Position numbers and translations under genes: made by a program. The notes below the pieces were generated by a model. That model saw nothing but the letters and a program-made list of their open reading frames with translations, had not been told where the DNA came from and made no database searches. Below, in pieces: positions 41,048 through 52,301 of a DNA stretch of 64,000 bases. Source of the stretch: an uncultured Methanoregulaceae archaeon (GTDB lineage: Archaea; Halobacteriota; Methanomicrobia; Methanomicrobiales; Methanospirillaceae); NCBI GenBank assembly GCA_963737635.1, contig CAVTTL010000001.1, positions 192,001-256,000 of the forward strand. The letters are read 5' to 3'. The first letter of the stretch is position 1; the number at the start of each line of letters is the position of its first letter.

Positions 41048-42565
41048 TTGCGGGGGATCGTCTTCTTCACCGATAGCCGTGCGCATGAAGACGTGACCGT
41101 TTTTGATACTACGCTCCGGGACGGAGAACAGACCCCGGGGATAGCATTCACGTTTGAACAGAAGATCGAAATTGCCCGTCAGCTCTCAGCCATCGGTGTC
41201 CATACCATCGAAGCAGGGTTTCCTGCATCCTCGGCCGCCGAGAAAGAGACCGTTTCTGCCATCAAAAAACTGGGATTAGAAACCAACGTCTGCGGACTTG
41301 CGCGATCTGTCAAAGCCGACGTCGATGCCTGCATCGACTGCGACGTTGACATGATCCACGTGTTTATCCCGACCTCGGATATCCAGCGGGAGAACACCAT
41401 CAACAAGACCCGGGAGCAGGTGCTCGAGATCACCGATGGGATCATCCGGTACACCAGGAAACATGTCAGTATGTGCATGTTCTCACCCATGGATGCGACC
41501 CGGACCGACCCCGACTACCTGGTCGAGGTCTGCCGGACCGCATGCCAGGCCGGGGCGACCATCATCAACATCCCGGACACTGTGGGCGTCATCTCCCCAT
41601 CGGGGATGAAGGCACTGATGGGCCGGCTTGCAAAAGACGTAGACTGCCCGCTCGACGTCCACTGCCATAACGACTTCGGCCTCGCAGTGGCAAACACCAT
41701 CGCCGCGGTGGAAGCCGGCGCCTCTCAGGTCCAGGTGACCGTCAACGGCCTTGGCGAAAGGGCCGGCAACGCCGACCTCGCCCAGACCGTCATGATCCTG
41801 GAGTCGATCTACGGCGTCCACACCGGCATCAGGAAGGAACGCCTCGTCGAGACCTCGCGCCTTATCTCCCGGTTCTCGGGAATCGGGATTCCCCCCACCC
41901 AGCCGGTCGTCGGGGAAAACGTCTTCTCGCACGAGAGCGGGATCCACACGCAGGGCGTCCTCAAGTGCTCGGAGACCTTCGAGCCCGGCATCATGACCCC
42001 GGAGATGGTCGGGCACCGGCGCCGGTTGACGCTCGGGAAACACGTCGGCCGGCATGCGGTGCGCCAGATGCTTGCCGATGCCCATATCGAACCTGACGAT
42101 GCACAACTCGATGCGATCGTCGAGAGGGTCAAGGCAATCGCCAGCAAGGGAAAACGCCTGACTGACGCCGACCTGTACGAGATCGGCGGGAGTATCATGG
42201 GCACCGGGGCCGGGGAAAAGGTATTCCGGCTGGACGATATCGCGATCATGACCGGCAACCACGTTATCCCGACCGCAAGCGTGCGGGCCCAGGTCAACGG
42301 GTGCGAGCATGTCTTCTCCAGCGTTGGAAACGGCCCGGTGGATGCAGCGCTCAAGGCGATCCTCGGGATCATCCCGGCCCAGATCCAGCTGACCGAATTT
42401 CACATCGAGGCGATCAGCGGGGGTTCGGACGCGATGTGCCATGTGACCATTGCCGTCGCAGACGAACACGGGCGGATCTTTGACGCCAGTGGCACCGGCG
42501 ACGACATCGTGCTCGCCTCGGTCGATGCGCTCGTAAACGCGATCAACCTGACCAGCCGGGAATAA
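41048..42565 (+). CDS. 2-isopropylmalate synthase / (R)-citramalate synthase family (LeuA/CimA)
   Basis: DTTLRDGEQTPG, HCHNDFGLA, GLGERAGNA, HESGIH, C-terminal GNGPVDA regulatory domain. Confidence 0.9.
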   Translation: MRGIVFFTDSRAHEDVTVFDTTLRDGEQTPGIAFTFEQKIEIARQLSAIGVHTIEAGFPASSAAEKETVSAIKKLGLETNVCGLARSVKADVDACIDCDVDMIHVFIPTSDIQRENTINKTREQVLEITDGIIRYTRKHVSMCMFSPMDATRTDPDYLVEVCRTACQAGATIINIPDTVGVISPSGMKALMGRLAKDVDCPLDVHCHNDFGLAVANTIAAVEAGASQVQVTVNGLGERAGNADLAQTVMILESIYGVHTGIRKERLVETSRLISRFSGIGIPPTQPVVGENVFSHESGIHTQGVLKCSETFEPGIMTPEMVGHRRRLTLGKHVGRHAVRQMLADAHIEPDDAQLDAIVERVKAIASKGKRLTDADLYEIGGSIMGTGAGEKVFRLDDIAIMTGNHVIPTASVRAQVNGCEHVFSSVGNGPVDAALKAILGIIPAQIQLTEFHIEAISGGSDAMCHVTIAVADEHGRIFDASGTGDDIVLASVDALVNAINLTSRE

Positions 42566-42764
42566 ACCCGGTCGTATCTTTTTTAGTTACTTGAAGAAAT
42601 CACCATTGAGAGACCTCAGGTAAAAATTACGAAAACGAGCAAAAAACAGGGTTCTGTTGCTCCGGTCGGCAACCAGTATTTCATTTCGTTAAAAGGGTCC
42701 AATCAACCGCCACAGCAACTGCACCAACCGAATATTCATTACCTTTCACTCCTGATCGGATACT

Positions 42765-42959
42765 ATGCACGATATTGTCAGCAGCAAAAAAATGGAGAAC
42801 GGGATCGTGGTGTTCTGGGACGAGAAGGGCGAAAAGAAATCCGAGTCATTCAATTATGCCGAACTGGTCGACATGAAGATCAACGCGCTTGATCTTCTTG
42901 ATCGCCCGAAATCCTACAAAATCGATACGGATGCACGCACGCTTATCTCAAAGAAATAA
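42765..42959 (+). CDS. Small hypothetical protein
   Basis: 64 aa ORF with plausible start and coding composition. Confidence 0.65.
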   Translation: MHDIVSSKKMENGIVVFWDEKGEKKSESFNYAELVDMKINALDLLDRPKSYKIDTDARTLISKK

Positions 42960-43121
42960 TCCGCAGATCCCGGTTCTTGGCTTGAGACCGTGCGGTACGA
43001 TCTTCTTGTTCCGGAAAGAACGTGAATGAATCTTTTTTCTTCGATAAAAGGGGGTAGTATTTGTCTGAAGATGATGAGAGCGTAATAGTCCCTTTTGGGG
43101 AATTCTCAAGAGCCGGAAAAA

Positions 43122-43430
43122 TTATTTTTCATTCTTTTCTGTCTGTTTCTCTTCTGGTTGTGCCTTTCCTTTTTCCTCGTCTATTTCACACTCGTCTTCG
43201 TCTTCTGCGTCGTCATCTTCCTCGTCTTCGTCTTCAGTCTGGCTCTTTTCCTGGACCAGAAAATAAATCACAAGCGTTATGACGGCCGCAACTCCTGCAT
43301 TAATAGCGAACGCTACGATACCGATAGCATTGGTAAATCCGCCGTTAAACACAAACGCGGTAATCGGAAAGTATACTGCCATAAAGACGAAGAACATCCC
43401 AAGAATTAAACCTGCATCCCGTTTTTTCAT
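43122..43430 (-). CDS. Small two-TM membrane protein with acidic tail
   Basis: MKKRDAG..., two hydrophobic helices, EDEDEEDDDAEDEDE tail. Confidence 0.65.
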   Translation of the reverse strand: MKKRDAGLILGMFFVFMAVYFPITAFVFNGGFTNAIGIVAFAINAGVAAVITLVIYFLVQEKSQTEDEDEEDDDAEDEDECEIDEEKGKAQPEEKQTEKNEK

Positions 43431-43596
43431 GTCTGTTTCATTGGTTGTTTCAAAATATACATGTTGAGGTCGACAGAAACTCCCTGTAGAAATGCTCATA
43501 AAGATCTCGCTAAAACCCTTCAGAGTGATTTTATAGGTCTTAAAAGAAAAAATTGAGTATATTTAAAAGGTACATTGATCTGTGTGAGGCCCGGTA

Positions 43597-44352
43597 ATGA
43601 CACCCGTAACAAAGCTGATCATGAGTGCAGTGATTTTGATGGTGTGTATTCCGGCAGCTTCAGCAACGTGCAATCAGGTCAACAGTGGGGGTAGTGCTGA
43701 ACTCAACCGGACCGTTGTAGCGGTAAATTGCATCGATATCACGAACGCTATTTCAGAAGAAAACACAAACCTTCTGGCGCTCAAATCTGATATCGATACT
43801 AAATCTGCCATGGGAGTAGATACCTCGGCAGCCGAGAAAGATTATTTTAACGCCCAAACTCAAATCGCAAACGCATCATCACGGTCTGCTATCCAATATA
43901 CGGATGCCCTTGAGGATCTGAGTGTAGCACAGGCATCGGTCGAGGCTGGTAAGAGAGCAGTTGATAAAGCATGGGCCGAATCTGAGATCGCTACTGCACA
44001 AGTCCCCGTACATAATGTCGATTCGTTGATCGCTTTTTTCCAGGCCAATCAAAACACCGCACAGGACCCCAGATTGTCAACGATTATCGATGAACGAGAC
44101 AGTGCAATTGGGTATATATCACTGGCAAATGACGAGGTCTCAATGGGCAACTATACTCAGGCGCGTGTCAACGCGGAGGAAGCATACCAGATGGGGAATG
44201 AATCGTATGACGATGCACTTTACCTGTCAACTCCGATATGTGGCGATTGCGGACCGTCCCCTGAAATACTGCTGTATACTGCAACCGTCATTGGGGCAGT
44301 TGTCCTTCTCGTTGCAGGAATATTCTGGTGGAAAAAACGTAATCAACGGTGA
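43597..44352 (+). CDS. Secreted helical protein with C-terminal TM anchor
   Basis: Signal peptide; TM plus WWKKR tail. Confidence 0.7.
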   Translation: MTPVTKLIMSAVILMVCIPAASATCNQVNSGGSAELNRTVVAVNCIDITNAISEENTNLLALKSDIDTKSAMGVDTSAAEKDYFNAQTQIANASSRSAIQYTDALEDLSVAQASVEAGKRAVDKAWAESEIATAQVPVHNVDSLIAFFQANQNTAQDPRLSTIIDERDSAIGYISLANDEVSMGNYTQARVNAEEAYQMGNESYDDALYLSTPICGDCGPSPEILLYTATVIGAVVLLVAGIFWWKKRNQR

Positions 44353-44368
44353 AATTTCCTAAAAAACG

Positions 44369-44752
44369 TTATGCGGCGTTCGGGGCGCCTTTGCCCTCGA
44401 TCGCGGCCTTGATCTGGGTCTGGAGCTGCTCGAATTTGCCCTGCAGCATCGTCTCCTGTTTCTCGAGGGACTTGATCCGGAGTTCGAGCGTTTCAACCTT
44501 CTCGGTGAGCTTCTCGGTCACGTACTCCTTCTTCTTCTGCACCATGATGGTCCCAATGCTCATGTACATCGGCGTCTCATCGGCAGAGTCCTTGACTTCT
44601 TCCTCGGCACGCTTTGCCTCGCGGACCGCCATCTCGTACTGGGCCTTTTGCTGGACAACCGTCTGGAGCTGCTGCTGGACCTGCTGGAGCATGGCAATCT
44701 GGTTCTGGATTTTGGGGGATAGGTTCTGCATAGTCTTCCTATCAGGTTTCAT
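44369..44752 (-). CDS. pfdB: Prefoldin beta subunit
   Basis: QQVQQQLQ..QKAQYE, YMSIGTIMV, ETLELRIKSLEKQE; superoperon context. Confidence 0.95.
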   Translation of the reverse strand: MKPDRKTMQNLSPKIQNQIAMLQQVQQQLQTVVQQKAQYEMAVREAKRAEEEVKDSADETPMYMSIGTIMVQKKKEYVTEKLTEKVETLELRIKSLEKQETMLQGKFEQLQTQIKAAIEGKGAPNAA

Positions 44753-44811
44753 CTGCCAGCATTAAAAATGATTCCGAACGTTTCACCGGCGGTTATTGAC
44801 CAGCAGCCTAT

Positions 44812-45048
44812 TCAGGCGATCTGCTGCATCTCGTCAGCGATGCTGACCAAGCGCAGGAACATGTTGAGCGCTGCACGAAGCGCCGCGATGTCCTGTGCTT
44901 CGATCCGCAGGACAAGCGTTGCATTCCCCTCGACCCAGCAGGTGGTCGCAGATCTCGGATTCACTTCATCTTTGAGCTCGGGAAGGAGTGAACGGTAGAT
45001 CTGCTCTGCGTGATCGGTCGTAAACCGGAACAGGGCTTCGTGCGGCAC
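44812..45048 (-). CDS. pcc1: KEOPS complex subunit Pcc1
   Basis: IYRSL.PE, RS, L.IEA.DI.ALRAALN.FLRL. Confidence 0.9.
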   Translation of the reverse strand: MPHEALFRFTTDHAEQIYRSLLPELKDEVNPRSATTCWVEGNATLVLRIEAQDIAALRAALNMFLRLVSIADEMQQIA

Positions 45049-45114
45049 AGGAGTACCTCATCAAGGTAGTGGGAAAAACAAGAATAAAAATGAGCCGGGA
45101 ACTGCCCGGCGCTT

Positions 45115-45249
45115 TTACTGGGCTTTAAGCTCTTTTATTGCCGATCCGCGTTCCTTGAAGAGGATGCGGTGGCCGCAGTAGGGACACCGGACGTTGACGT
45201 CGATCTCTACTTTCTGTTTGCACCGTGCGCACTTGTATGTACTTGCCAT
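45115..45249 (-). CDS. rpoP: DNA-directed RNA polymerase subunit P (Rpo12)
   Basis: YKCARC...[15 protein letters not shown]. Confidence 0.95.
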   Translation of the reverse strand: MASTYKCARCKQKVEIDVNVRCPYCGHRILFKERGSAIKELKAQ

Positions 45250-45262
45250 TATGTAGTACCGG

Positions 45263-45580
45263 TTACTGGATCTTCTTCTCTTCAACAACGACGTTCGTGC
45301 GTTCGATCGCACGAAGGGCTACGCGGAGAGCCGGGGTCTCGGGCTGGTAGGTGCCGCCGGCAAACTTGTACCCGCACTTCCGGCATTCCCAGATGCCAGT
45401 CCCTTTCCTCTGCACGGACTGCATATCGCACTTGGGGCAGCGGTGTAGTGCCCGGGAAATCTTCTCCATCTCGGCGACACGCTTGCGCACAAACCGTCCG
45501 TACCGGCAGCCGAAACGTCCTGCACTACCGGTTACTTTTCCCTTTGCTGAACCTTTTGCTGAATGATCCGAGCTTGCCAT
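45263..45580 (-). CDS. rpl37ae: 50S ribosomal protein L37Ae (eL43)
   Basis: [29 protein letters not shown]. Confidence 0.95.
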   Translation of the reverse strand: MASSDHSAKGSAKGKVTGSAGRFGCRYGRFVRKRVAEMEKISRALHRCPKCDMQSVQRKGTGIWECRKCGYKFAGGTYQPETPALRVALRAIERTNVVVEEKKIQ

Positions 45581-45620
45581 GATAGCCACCGAAATTGACT
45601 TTCTATATTTGTCCTCTCGA

Positions 45621-46325
45621 TTAATATACTTGATTGAGGATCTTTACCTGGCCTTCGCCTTTGCTGAGCTTGTTTACCAGATCGTAGAACTCAACCTGGA
45701 TGCCGGCCGGAATACGCACGACGCAGACCCAGGAACCGTCTTTCTGCCACTCGTCTTTTTCCATGGTGCTTGCCGCCGCAATATCCCCGTATGCGCGGGC
45801 CGCATGGTCGGGCGGGATCCTCACGGCGAGCCGGAGTTCCTCGAACCGGATGGGCAGGATCGGCCGGAGGGCTTTTACGGTCTCTTTGACCTGCTCGTCG
45901 ACATGCTTGAATGGATCGATATTGACCCGGGCCTGTTCCATGGCCATCTCGATCCGCGCCGGCGGGTGCGGGTGGCCGGTCTGGGGGTTGACCGCGTTTC
46001 GCGCAATAAACGTGATCACCTGCCGGCGCTTCTCCTCCATCATCTCTTTGCGCTGATCGGCAGTGAGGTGGATCTCGCCTTTTTCGATGATCTTCTTTGC
46101 GACGGTGGCAAAGTCCGTGGTATGGAACACTTTTTCCAGCGATTCCTCAGAGGCCCGGGTCGCCTTTGACGCATTCCCGAATACGTTTAAGGCGGCGACG
46201 GCATCTTCGATATTGACGGTTTCGCCCTGCCGTATCCGGGCTGCAAGATGGGGTTCTACGAGGATTTCGAACTTTTCCCCGTGGCTTTCCAGCCGGGCCA
46301 CCACTGCCTGCTCAAGAGAGATCAT
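45621..46325 (-). CDS. Ribosome maturation factor SBDS/Sdo1
   Basis: VVARL..HGEKFEILV, GEIHLT.DQR, PHPP.RIE.AM. Confidence 0.95.
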   Translation of the reverse strand: MISLEQAVVARLESHGEKFEILVEPHLAARIRQGETVNIEDAVAALNVFGNASKATRASEESLEKVFHTTDFATVAKKIIEKGEIHLTADQRKEMMEEKRRQVITFIARNAVNPQTGHPHPPARIEMAMEQARVNIDPFKHVDEQVKETVKALRPILPIRFEELRLAVRIPPDHAARAYGDIAAASTMEKDEWQKDGSWVCVVRIPAGIQVEFYDLVNKLSKGEGQVKILNQVY

Positions 46326-46331
46326 ACCTGA

Positions 46332-47054
46332 TCACTGTTTGAACTGTTCGACGTACGATGCGACTTCTTCCTTGGTCATCTTCCGGAACGTTTTAGCCTC
46401 GCATTCGACGATACCCATCTCCACGGTATCGACGTCGAACTTGCCTTCGGTTGCCGAGTGCAGCGCTTTGAGGCCCAGCAGGATCGCGTCTTTGATCGAG
46501 AGGGTCGCGGTGTATTCCTCTTCAAAGACCTTCATCGCTGCCGGCCTGCCGATACCGATCCCGGTCGCCTTGTACTCCAGGAGCGTGCCGGAGGGGTCCG
46601 TCTCGAAGAGCCGGCACTCGCCGTCGCTTACCCCGGCAATCAAAAGGGCCGTGCCGTACGGGCGGATACCGCCGTACTGGGTGAGGGTCTGCATGTGGTC
46701 ACAGAGCTTCTTTGCGAGCGCCTCGACCTCGATCCGCTCATCATAGGAGACCCGGTTGATCTGGCATTCGATCCGGGCCCGGTCCACGAGCGCCCGTGCG
46801 TCGCCGACAAGGCCTGAGGAAGCGACCCCGATGTGGTCGTCGATCCTGAAAATCTTCTCGATCGATGATGATTCAAGCAGCTTGGAGGTGACGCGCTTGT
46901 CGACAATAAGCACGACGCCCCCCTGTGCCTTTATCCCAACTGCGGTTGTCCCGCGCTTTACTGCTTCCCGGGCATATTCTACCTGGTACAGCCTGCCATC
47001 GGGCGAAAAAACAGTAATCGCCCGGTCATAGCCCATCTGGTATTGTGGTTGCAT
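46332..47054 (-). CDS. psmA: Proteasome alpha subunit
   Basis: [25 protein letters not shown] signature. Confidence 0.97.
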   Translation of the reverse strand: MQPQYQMGYDRAITVFSPDGRLYQVEYAREAVKRGTTAVGIKAQGGVVLIVDKRVTSKLLESSSIEKIFRIDDHIGVASSGLVGDARALVDRARIECQINRVSYDERIEVEALAKKLCDHMQTLTQYGGIRPYGTALLIAGVSDGECRLFETDPSGTLLEYKATGIGIGRPAAMKVFEEEYTATLSIKDAILLGLKALHSATEGKFDVDTVEMGIVECEAKTFRKMTKEEVASYVEQFKQ

Positions 47055-47574
47055 GGATAATCTCCAGATCTTCTGTTGTTAAGAACAATCGGCGTGTATT
47101 TTTAAATCCCTTTTCTATGACATCAACCTTGTGACCGTGCCATGTCACGACCTCGACCGGGGTGGAACCGAACTGGTACCGGGGCATTCCGGGTGCCTCT
47201 TCCCCGGTTGAAACCGCATCCTCCGGTGCAGCCTGCAAGGGAAACGTGCCGATCCGCTCCCGCAGGCTCTCGATGGTCCCCGAGACCGCGAGGATACGCA
47301 ACGCCACCGGGCATTCCCGGCAGGCCGTGACCGTAGAGAGGGCGATGGCAAACTCACGTTCGGCACCACGGCGGCAGCGCAGGATCACGTACGCTCCTTC
47401 CACCGCGAGCACTGACGGCTGCATGGCGGCCGCCGCAATATCTCCAAACAGCGAGACGACCGCCTCGTACATCGCATAATACAGGTCCTTTGCTTCGATC
47501 CCTGTCCCGGCCGGGTCGAGACGGGCGAGGATATACCGCCGTTTTTCCCGGAGGGTGGGTGGGCGGACGCTCAT
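47026..47574 (-). CDS. rnp2: RNase P component Pop5/Rpp14
   Basis: [20 protein letters not shown]. Confidence 0.9.
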   Translation of the reverse strand: MSVRPPTLREKRRYILARLDPAGTGIEAKDLYYAMYEAVVSLFGDIAAAAMQPSVLAVEGAYVILRCRRGAEREFAIALSTVTACRECPVALRILAVSGTIESLRERIGTFPLQAAPEDAVSTGEEAPGMPRYQFGSTPVEVVTWHGHKVDVIEKGFKNTRRLFLTTEDLEIIHATTIPDGL

Positions 47575-48216
47575 CGGATCACCGTCACAGCATCTCTGCC
47601 CGGATCAGTTACCCGGCTCGACTCCGGCAAGTGCGGCCTGCACGTCTGTCTCACCCATACCAAACAGCGAACAGAGGCCGGTGACTTCCCGGACGGCTCT
47701 CATGTCGAGGACTGAATGAGCCGACGAAGAGATGGTAAGCGGGAACTCGAACCTGCGATAGAGGATCATCAGGTCGAGATAGCGGTGGATCGCCTTCTGC
47801 CGTGCGTGCCCGCGCCCGAAGAGCAGAGAGGACAGGTCGATGTCGAGGGCAGTCATATTGTCGGCGGCGATCTTGGCGGCCACGTGATCGAACGCACGCT
47901 TGTCGGCGGCACCTATACCCCGGAGAATATGGACGCCGTTCGTCCCGGCAACGGCCCGGTTGAAGCCGTTGTCTCCCATTGCTACGGCGATGACTGCCCC
48001 CGTGCCCCGGCTTTGCTTGGCCTGTTTCTGGACCTCCCGTGCCGGGATACCGGTAAGGAATGTGCCGGGGATCACGGCGATGCCAAAGACCTCGGCGGCA
48101 GGCGTATCTGCGGCAACGATGCTGTCGTACCCGCACGAACGCGCCTCGAGGGCGAGCCTGCGAAGAGAGGAATCACCGGCAGGATACGGAAATACACAGG
48201 CATCGGTGATCTTCAT
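47571..48216 (-). CDS. rnp3: RNase P component Rpp30 (C-terminal frameshift likely)
   Basis: NRAV, FDHVAAK.A, ISS.A.S.LDMRA.RE; context. Confidence 0.85.
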
Positions 48217-48248
48217 GAAGATACCTATAGCGGGAAAAAAGGATAAGA

Positions 48249-48840
48249 TTATTTGCCCTGATTGGCGTGGGAGCGGATGCTCGGGCGGGTCTTCTCGGTA
48301 CCCCGTCCTCTGGTCCTCATGCCACGGCCCTTGCGTCCTGCCGAGGTCTTGCCACGTTCTGCACGGCCGCGGTGGGTGGGGTTTGCGAGCCAGGCGAGGT
48401 TCTTATCGGCCCGGATTGAGGGGTGATGGCCGTCTACGAGGATAACCTCATAGTACTTCGAGCTTGCCATCCTGACCAACCCAGTACCAGTTGAGTACTT
48501 CCATGTTCGGGTACCGGCTGGATGCACGTTCCTCAGCAATCCGCTGGATGCTTTTTCCCGGGGTGCTCCGGTTCTTGCCCATCCGGGCTGACCGGCGTGC
48601 CCGGACATACCGGGAGACCCGGCGGCCACCGCGGCGGACCTGAACCCGGACAACGGCAATACCTTGCTTTGCCTTGTACCCGAGCGAACGGGCGCGGTCG
48701 ATACGGGTCGGGCGGTCGATACGAGTGACGCTGCCTTCGCGGCGCCAGTCCTGCATCCTGTTCCAGAGCAGTTCTTTCACGTCGGACTTGTCAGGTCGGG
48801 CCCATGCCTCCCTGACATACGCATACATCGATTTTACCAT
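48249..48840 (-). CDS. rpl15e: 50S ribosomal protein L15e (single-base insertion near 48460)
   Basis: [32 protein letters not shown] then shifted [11 protein letters not shown]. Confidence 0.95.
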
Positions 48841-48956
48841 TGGTATAACACCTCAAGGTTCGGCCCTGTGACGGGCTACATTCCTTTCAACGGGACGAAT
48901 CCCGTAGTCCTATAGAATTGGACAGGGAGGATATTAAAGTACCCGGGCACGACCTA

Positions 48957-49436
48957 TCAGGTCGCACACGGTGTCCCTTTTCGTTTCTTCACGACATGGA
49001 TACCCTCAATCCGGGTGACCGGGTACTGGCCGTTTTCGTCCTTTTCTGCGGACTTGACCATGTCCCAGATCGTGAGAAGCGCGACCGAGACGCCGGTCAG
49101 GGCTTCCATCTCTACGCCGGTCTTTCCGGTGGACTTTGTGCTCACGGTAGCCTCGATATACTCTTCACCCTCGGTAAAGTCCACCGTGATGGCACCAAGC
49201 AGGATCGTATGGCACAGCGGGACGATCCGGGGTGTGTCTTTGACCGCAAGCGTTGCAGCCACCCGCGCTGTCGCAAGCACATTTCCCTTGACGACAGTGC
49301 CTTCCCGGATCGCGGCAAGCGTTGCAGGCCGCAGGTAAATCCGCCCGGCAGCCACCGCTTCGCGCACGACATCCGCTTTCCCCGTGATATCCACCATCTG
49401 TGCCCTGCCATCCGCAATATGAGTAAATTCGACCAT
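48957..49436 (-). CDS. moaC: Cyclic pyranopterin monophosphate synthase MoaC
   Basis: FTHI...AQMVDI..K, KGNVL.TA, PLCH, TGVEMEALTG, IWDMVKS. Confidence 0.95.
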   Translation of the reverse strand: MVEFTHIADGRAQMVDITGKADVVREAVAAGRIYLRPATLAAIREGTVVKGNVLATARVAATLAVKDTPRIVPLCHTILLGAITVDFTEGEEYIEATVSTKSTGKTGVEMEALTGVSVALLTIWDMVKSAEKDENGQYPVTRIEGIHVVKKRKGTPCAT

Positions 49437-50860
49437 TACCTCTGTCTCCTGAACAACTCTTCCGGGATGCAGTCCATGAGATCGGAGGCGAGCATCCCCT
49501 CGCCCCGCTTCTCCGCCACTCGCTCCCCGGCCCTGCCGGTCACGTATGCCGCAATCCCCGCCGCCTCGAATGCAGGCAGGTGGCAGAGAAGCGCCCCGCA
49601 CACCCCGGCCAGGACATCCCCGGTCCCGCCTACGGTCATGGCAGGATCGCCGGCCCGGTTGAACCGGGTGCGGCGGCCGTCGGTGATGACGTCGACGGGG
49701 CCTTTGAGCAGGATGGTGCCGCCAACCGCTGCCGCCGCTTTCTGTGCCAACCGCGCCCGCCCGCATGCATCCCCGGCGTCTTCCGGAACTACGGTGCCGG
49801 TGATTCGCGCAAATTCCCCGGCATGGGGGGTAAACACGGTTCCGCCGCTGGCCCGCGGTAGGGGCAGCCGGAGGGCATCGGCGTCAAAGACTGCCTTTTT
49901 GCAGTACGGGGCAACCGCGAGGACAACCTCATGGCTCCCGGTGCCGATCCCGTTTCCGCAGACGACCACATCGGCACGCCCTGCAAGCGTGATGAGCTGT
50001 TCCGTGTGTTCCGTACCGATCCGGTCGCCGGGAAGACGCTCATAGATAAGATCAGGGACCGGTTCAAAGACCGGTGACGCGATCCGGACGATATCGGCAC
50101 CCGCGCGGAGCGCCCCCAGACCGGCAAGGTACGGGGCGCCCTGGTACGGCCCGCCGCCGATCACAAGCACCTCGCCTCCCACACCTTTGTGGCTGGTCCG
50201 GCTTCGCACCGGGATGAGACTGAGGTCCCCGGGCCCGGTGCAGATCTCCGCTTCGATCGGGATACCGATATCGGCTACCTCCGATCCCTTCACCTTAGGC
50301 CGGTGGAATGCGCAGATCCGGTCGGCCCGCATCCCAGGAGAAGGGATATCGGCGGCAACGATCTGTGCCGGTGACGCATTCGCCATCGCCACACAGGTGG
50401 CAAGGGGTTCCTTTACGATCCCTTCCGCCCCGGTCCCGAGCAGTGCGTCGACAATAACATCCGCTTTCGCAAAAAGAGGGGCAAGCGCCCGCAGGTCATC
50501 GGTCGACTGGAACGGGTGCAGTGATACCCGGGAGCCCCGGAGCGCAGCCAGCTGATGGGCACAGGAGGGGCTGCGGGTGCCGGCATCGAGATAGCAGACG
50601 GCGGTGTCCACGCCGTGCTGGAGGTACCGGGCAGCCACCATCCCGTCTCCTCCGTTGTTGCCCCGGCCGCAGAGGATAAGGACCGCCGCCGGGCAGAATG
50701 CGAGCACCGACTGCGAAAGGGCCTTTCCTGCACTCTCCATAAGCTGGAGACCGGTAACGCCGAGGGCCTGCGCGTTTTCGTCCACGGCGCGCATCCTTCC
50801 CGGTGTTATCATGCCGGTTTCGAGGAACTCTCCTGCACAATCGTTCAGGTCGGGCTGCAT
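49436..50860 (-). CDS. nnr: Bifunctional NAD(P)H-hydrate epimerase/dehydratase
   Basis: LMESAG, GRGNNGGDG, HKG.GG.VLVIGG, DADAL, TPHAGEF, GGTGDVLAG. Confidence 0.93.
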   Translation of the reverse strand: MQPDLNDCAGEFLETGMITPGRMRAVDENAQALGVTGLQLMESAGKALSQSVLAFCPAAVLILCGRGNNGGDGMVAARYLQHGVDTAVCYLDAGTRSPSCAHQLAALRGSRVSLHPFQSTDDLRALAPLFAKADVIVDALLGTGAEGIVKEPLATCVAMANASPAQIVAADIPSPGMRADRICAFHRPKVKGSEVADIGIPIEAEICTGPGDLSLIPVRSRTSHKGVGGEVLVIGGGPYQGAPYLAGLGALRAGADIVRIASPVFEPVPDLIYERLPGDRIGTEHTEQLITLAGRADVVVCGNGIGTGSHEVVLAVAPYCKKAVFDADALRLPLPRASGGTVFTPHAGEFARITGTVVPEDAGDACGRARLAQKAAAAVGGTILLKGPVDVITDGRRTRFNRAGDPAMTVGGTGDVLAGVCGALLCHLPAFEAAGIAAYVTGRAGERVAEKRGEGMLASDLMDCIPEELFRRQR

Positions 50861-50901
50861 AGGGTACACTTCATCTGTAAGAACTCCATACCTAATAGGC
50901 A

Positions 50902-52301
50902 ATGGGTTTTACTGATGACGTGAAGGCAGCTTCTGAGCAGATCGCGGCTGCACACGAGATTACCATCATCTCCCACATCGATGCCGACGGTATTTCCTGC
51001 GAAGCGATCCTCTCGCAGGCGATCTCCCGGCACGGCATCCCGGTCCGCTCTGTTTTTGTCCGGCAGCTTGAGCCTTTGACCATGCCGCAGGTCCCGGACG
51101 ATGCGTCGTTCAAGGTATTTGCCGATCTCGGCGCCGGCCAGCAGAACCTCCTTGCCGGCGGGGCCTCAGGGAAAAAGATGTGCTGATCGTCGACCATCAC
51201 GTTACCCAGCCCGGTGAGGTTACCTATCCCCAGGTCAACTGCCTCCCGTACGGGTACACGAAGATGAGCGCGGCCGGGGTCGCTTATCTCGTTGCAAAAG
51301 CGATGGACGAGGCAAATATCGATCTCGCGAAGCTTGCGGTGGTAGGGAACGTCGGGGACATGATGGCCCGGGAGACCTGCGGCCTTGTCGGCCCGGCCCG
51401 AGACCTGATCGTGGAAGACGGTATCCGGCACCGGTCGGTGAAAGTCTGCAAAAAAGACCTCAACTGCTATGGCACCGCAACCCGGCCGGTGCATCTCTCG
51501 CTTGCCTACAACGACGATCCATTTATTAAAGGGATCAGCAATAACCCCGAAGGGGCAAAACAATTCTTAAAGAAACTCGGGATCGTCCAACAGACTCCCG
51601 AAGGGCGCTGGTACGTATGGGAGGAACTCGCCGATGACGACCGGCGCACGATCATCTCCGCGCTTGCCGAGCAGCTGATCGCAAACGGGGACAGCGTCGA
51701 CCGGCTCCTCGCTGAGACCTACCGGTTCCCGGACGAGATCCCGCGGACGCCGCTGCGGAACGCACAGGAGTACGCAACGCTCCTGAACGCCTGTGGCCGG
51801 TGGACAAAACCGGCGGTGGGAAGCGCGATCCTCAAAGGCGACCGGGGACCCGCGTACCGGGAGGCGGAACATATGCTCGGGAACCACCGGGCGATCATCC
51901 GGAACCTGCTCCAGTATATCATCGATACCGGAGTCTGTGAACTTGATAACGTCCAGTACATCCACGTGGGAGGAAAATTTCCGGACACCATTGTCGGCAT
52001 CGGTGCCGGAATGGCGCTTTCCAAACTCAACAGCACTAAGCCCATCCTGATCATGTGCGAGGTGCCTGAGGACAAGAACCTCACCAAGGTCTCGATGCGG
52101 ACGACGGAACGGGTCATCGAGCGGGGGATCGATCTCCAGAAGGCCCTCAGCGACGCCTCGGCCGAGTACGGCGGTGGTGGCGGGGGACATAAGATCGCAG
52201 CCGGGGCGTTTATCCCAAAGCCGGCAGAACAGGAGTTTGTCAACCGTGTCAACAGGATACTCGGAGAACAGTTCGCTTCGCAGGGTGCAGCTCATCGCTG
52301 A
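50902..52301 (+). CDS. DHH-family phosphoesterase (archaeal RecJ-like), frameshift near 51160
   Basis: SHIDADG, ADLG, DHH, VGDM, LNACGR, GGGGGHKIAAGA. Confidence 0.9.

Noticed and set aside
48249-48840. rpl15e pseudogene or programmed frameshift
   Set aside because: Essential gene, no slippery heptamer noticed, and similar indels occur throughout the window, so an assembly error is more likely
48918-50045. 375 aa plus-strand ORF and the N-terminal extension of moaC ORF 48957..49766
   Set aside because: Overlap nnr and moaC; the real moaC starts at 49436
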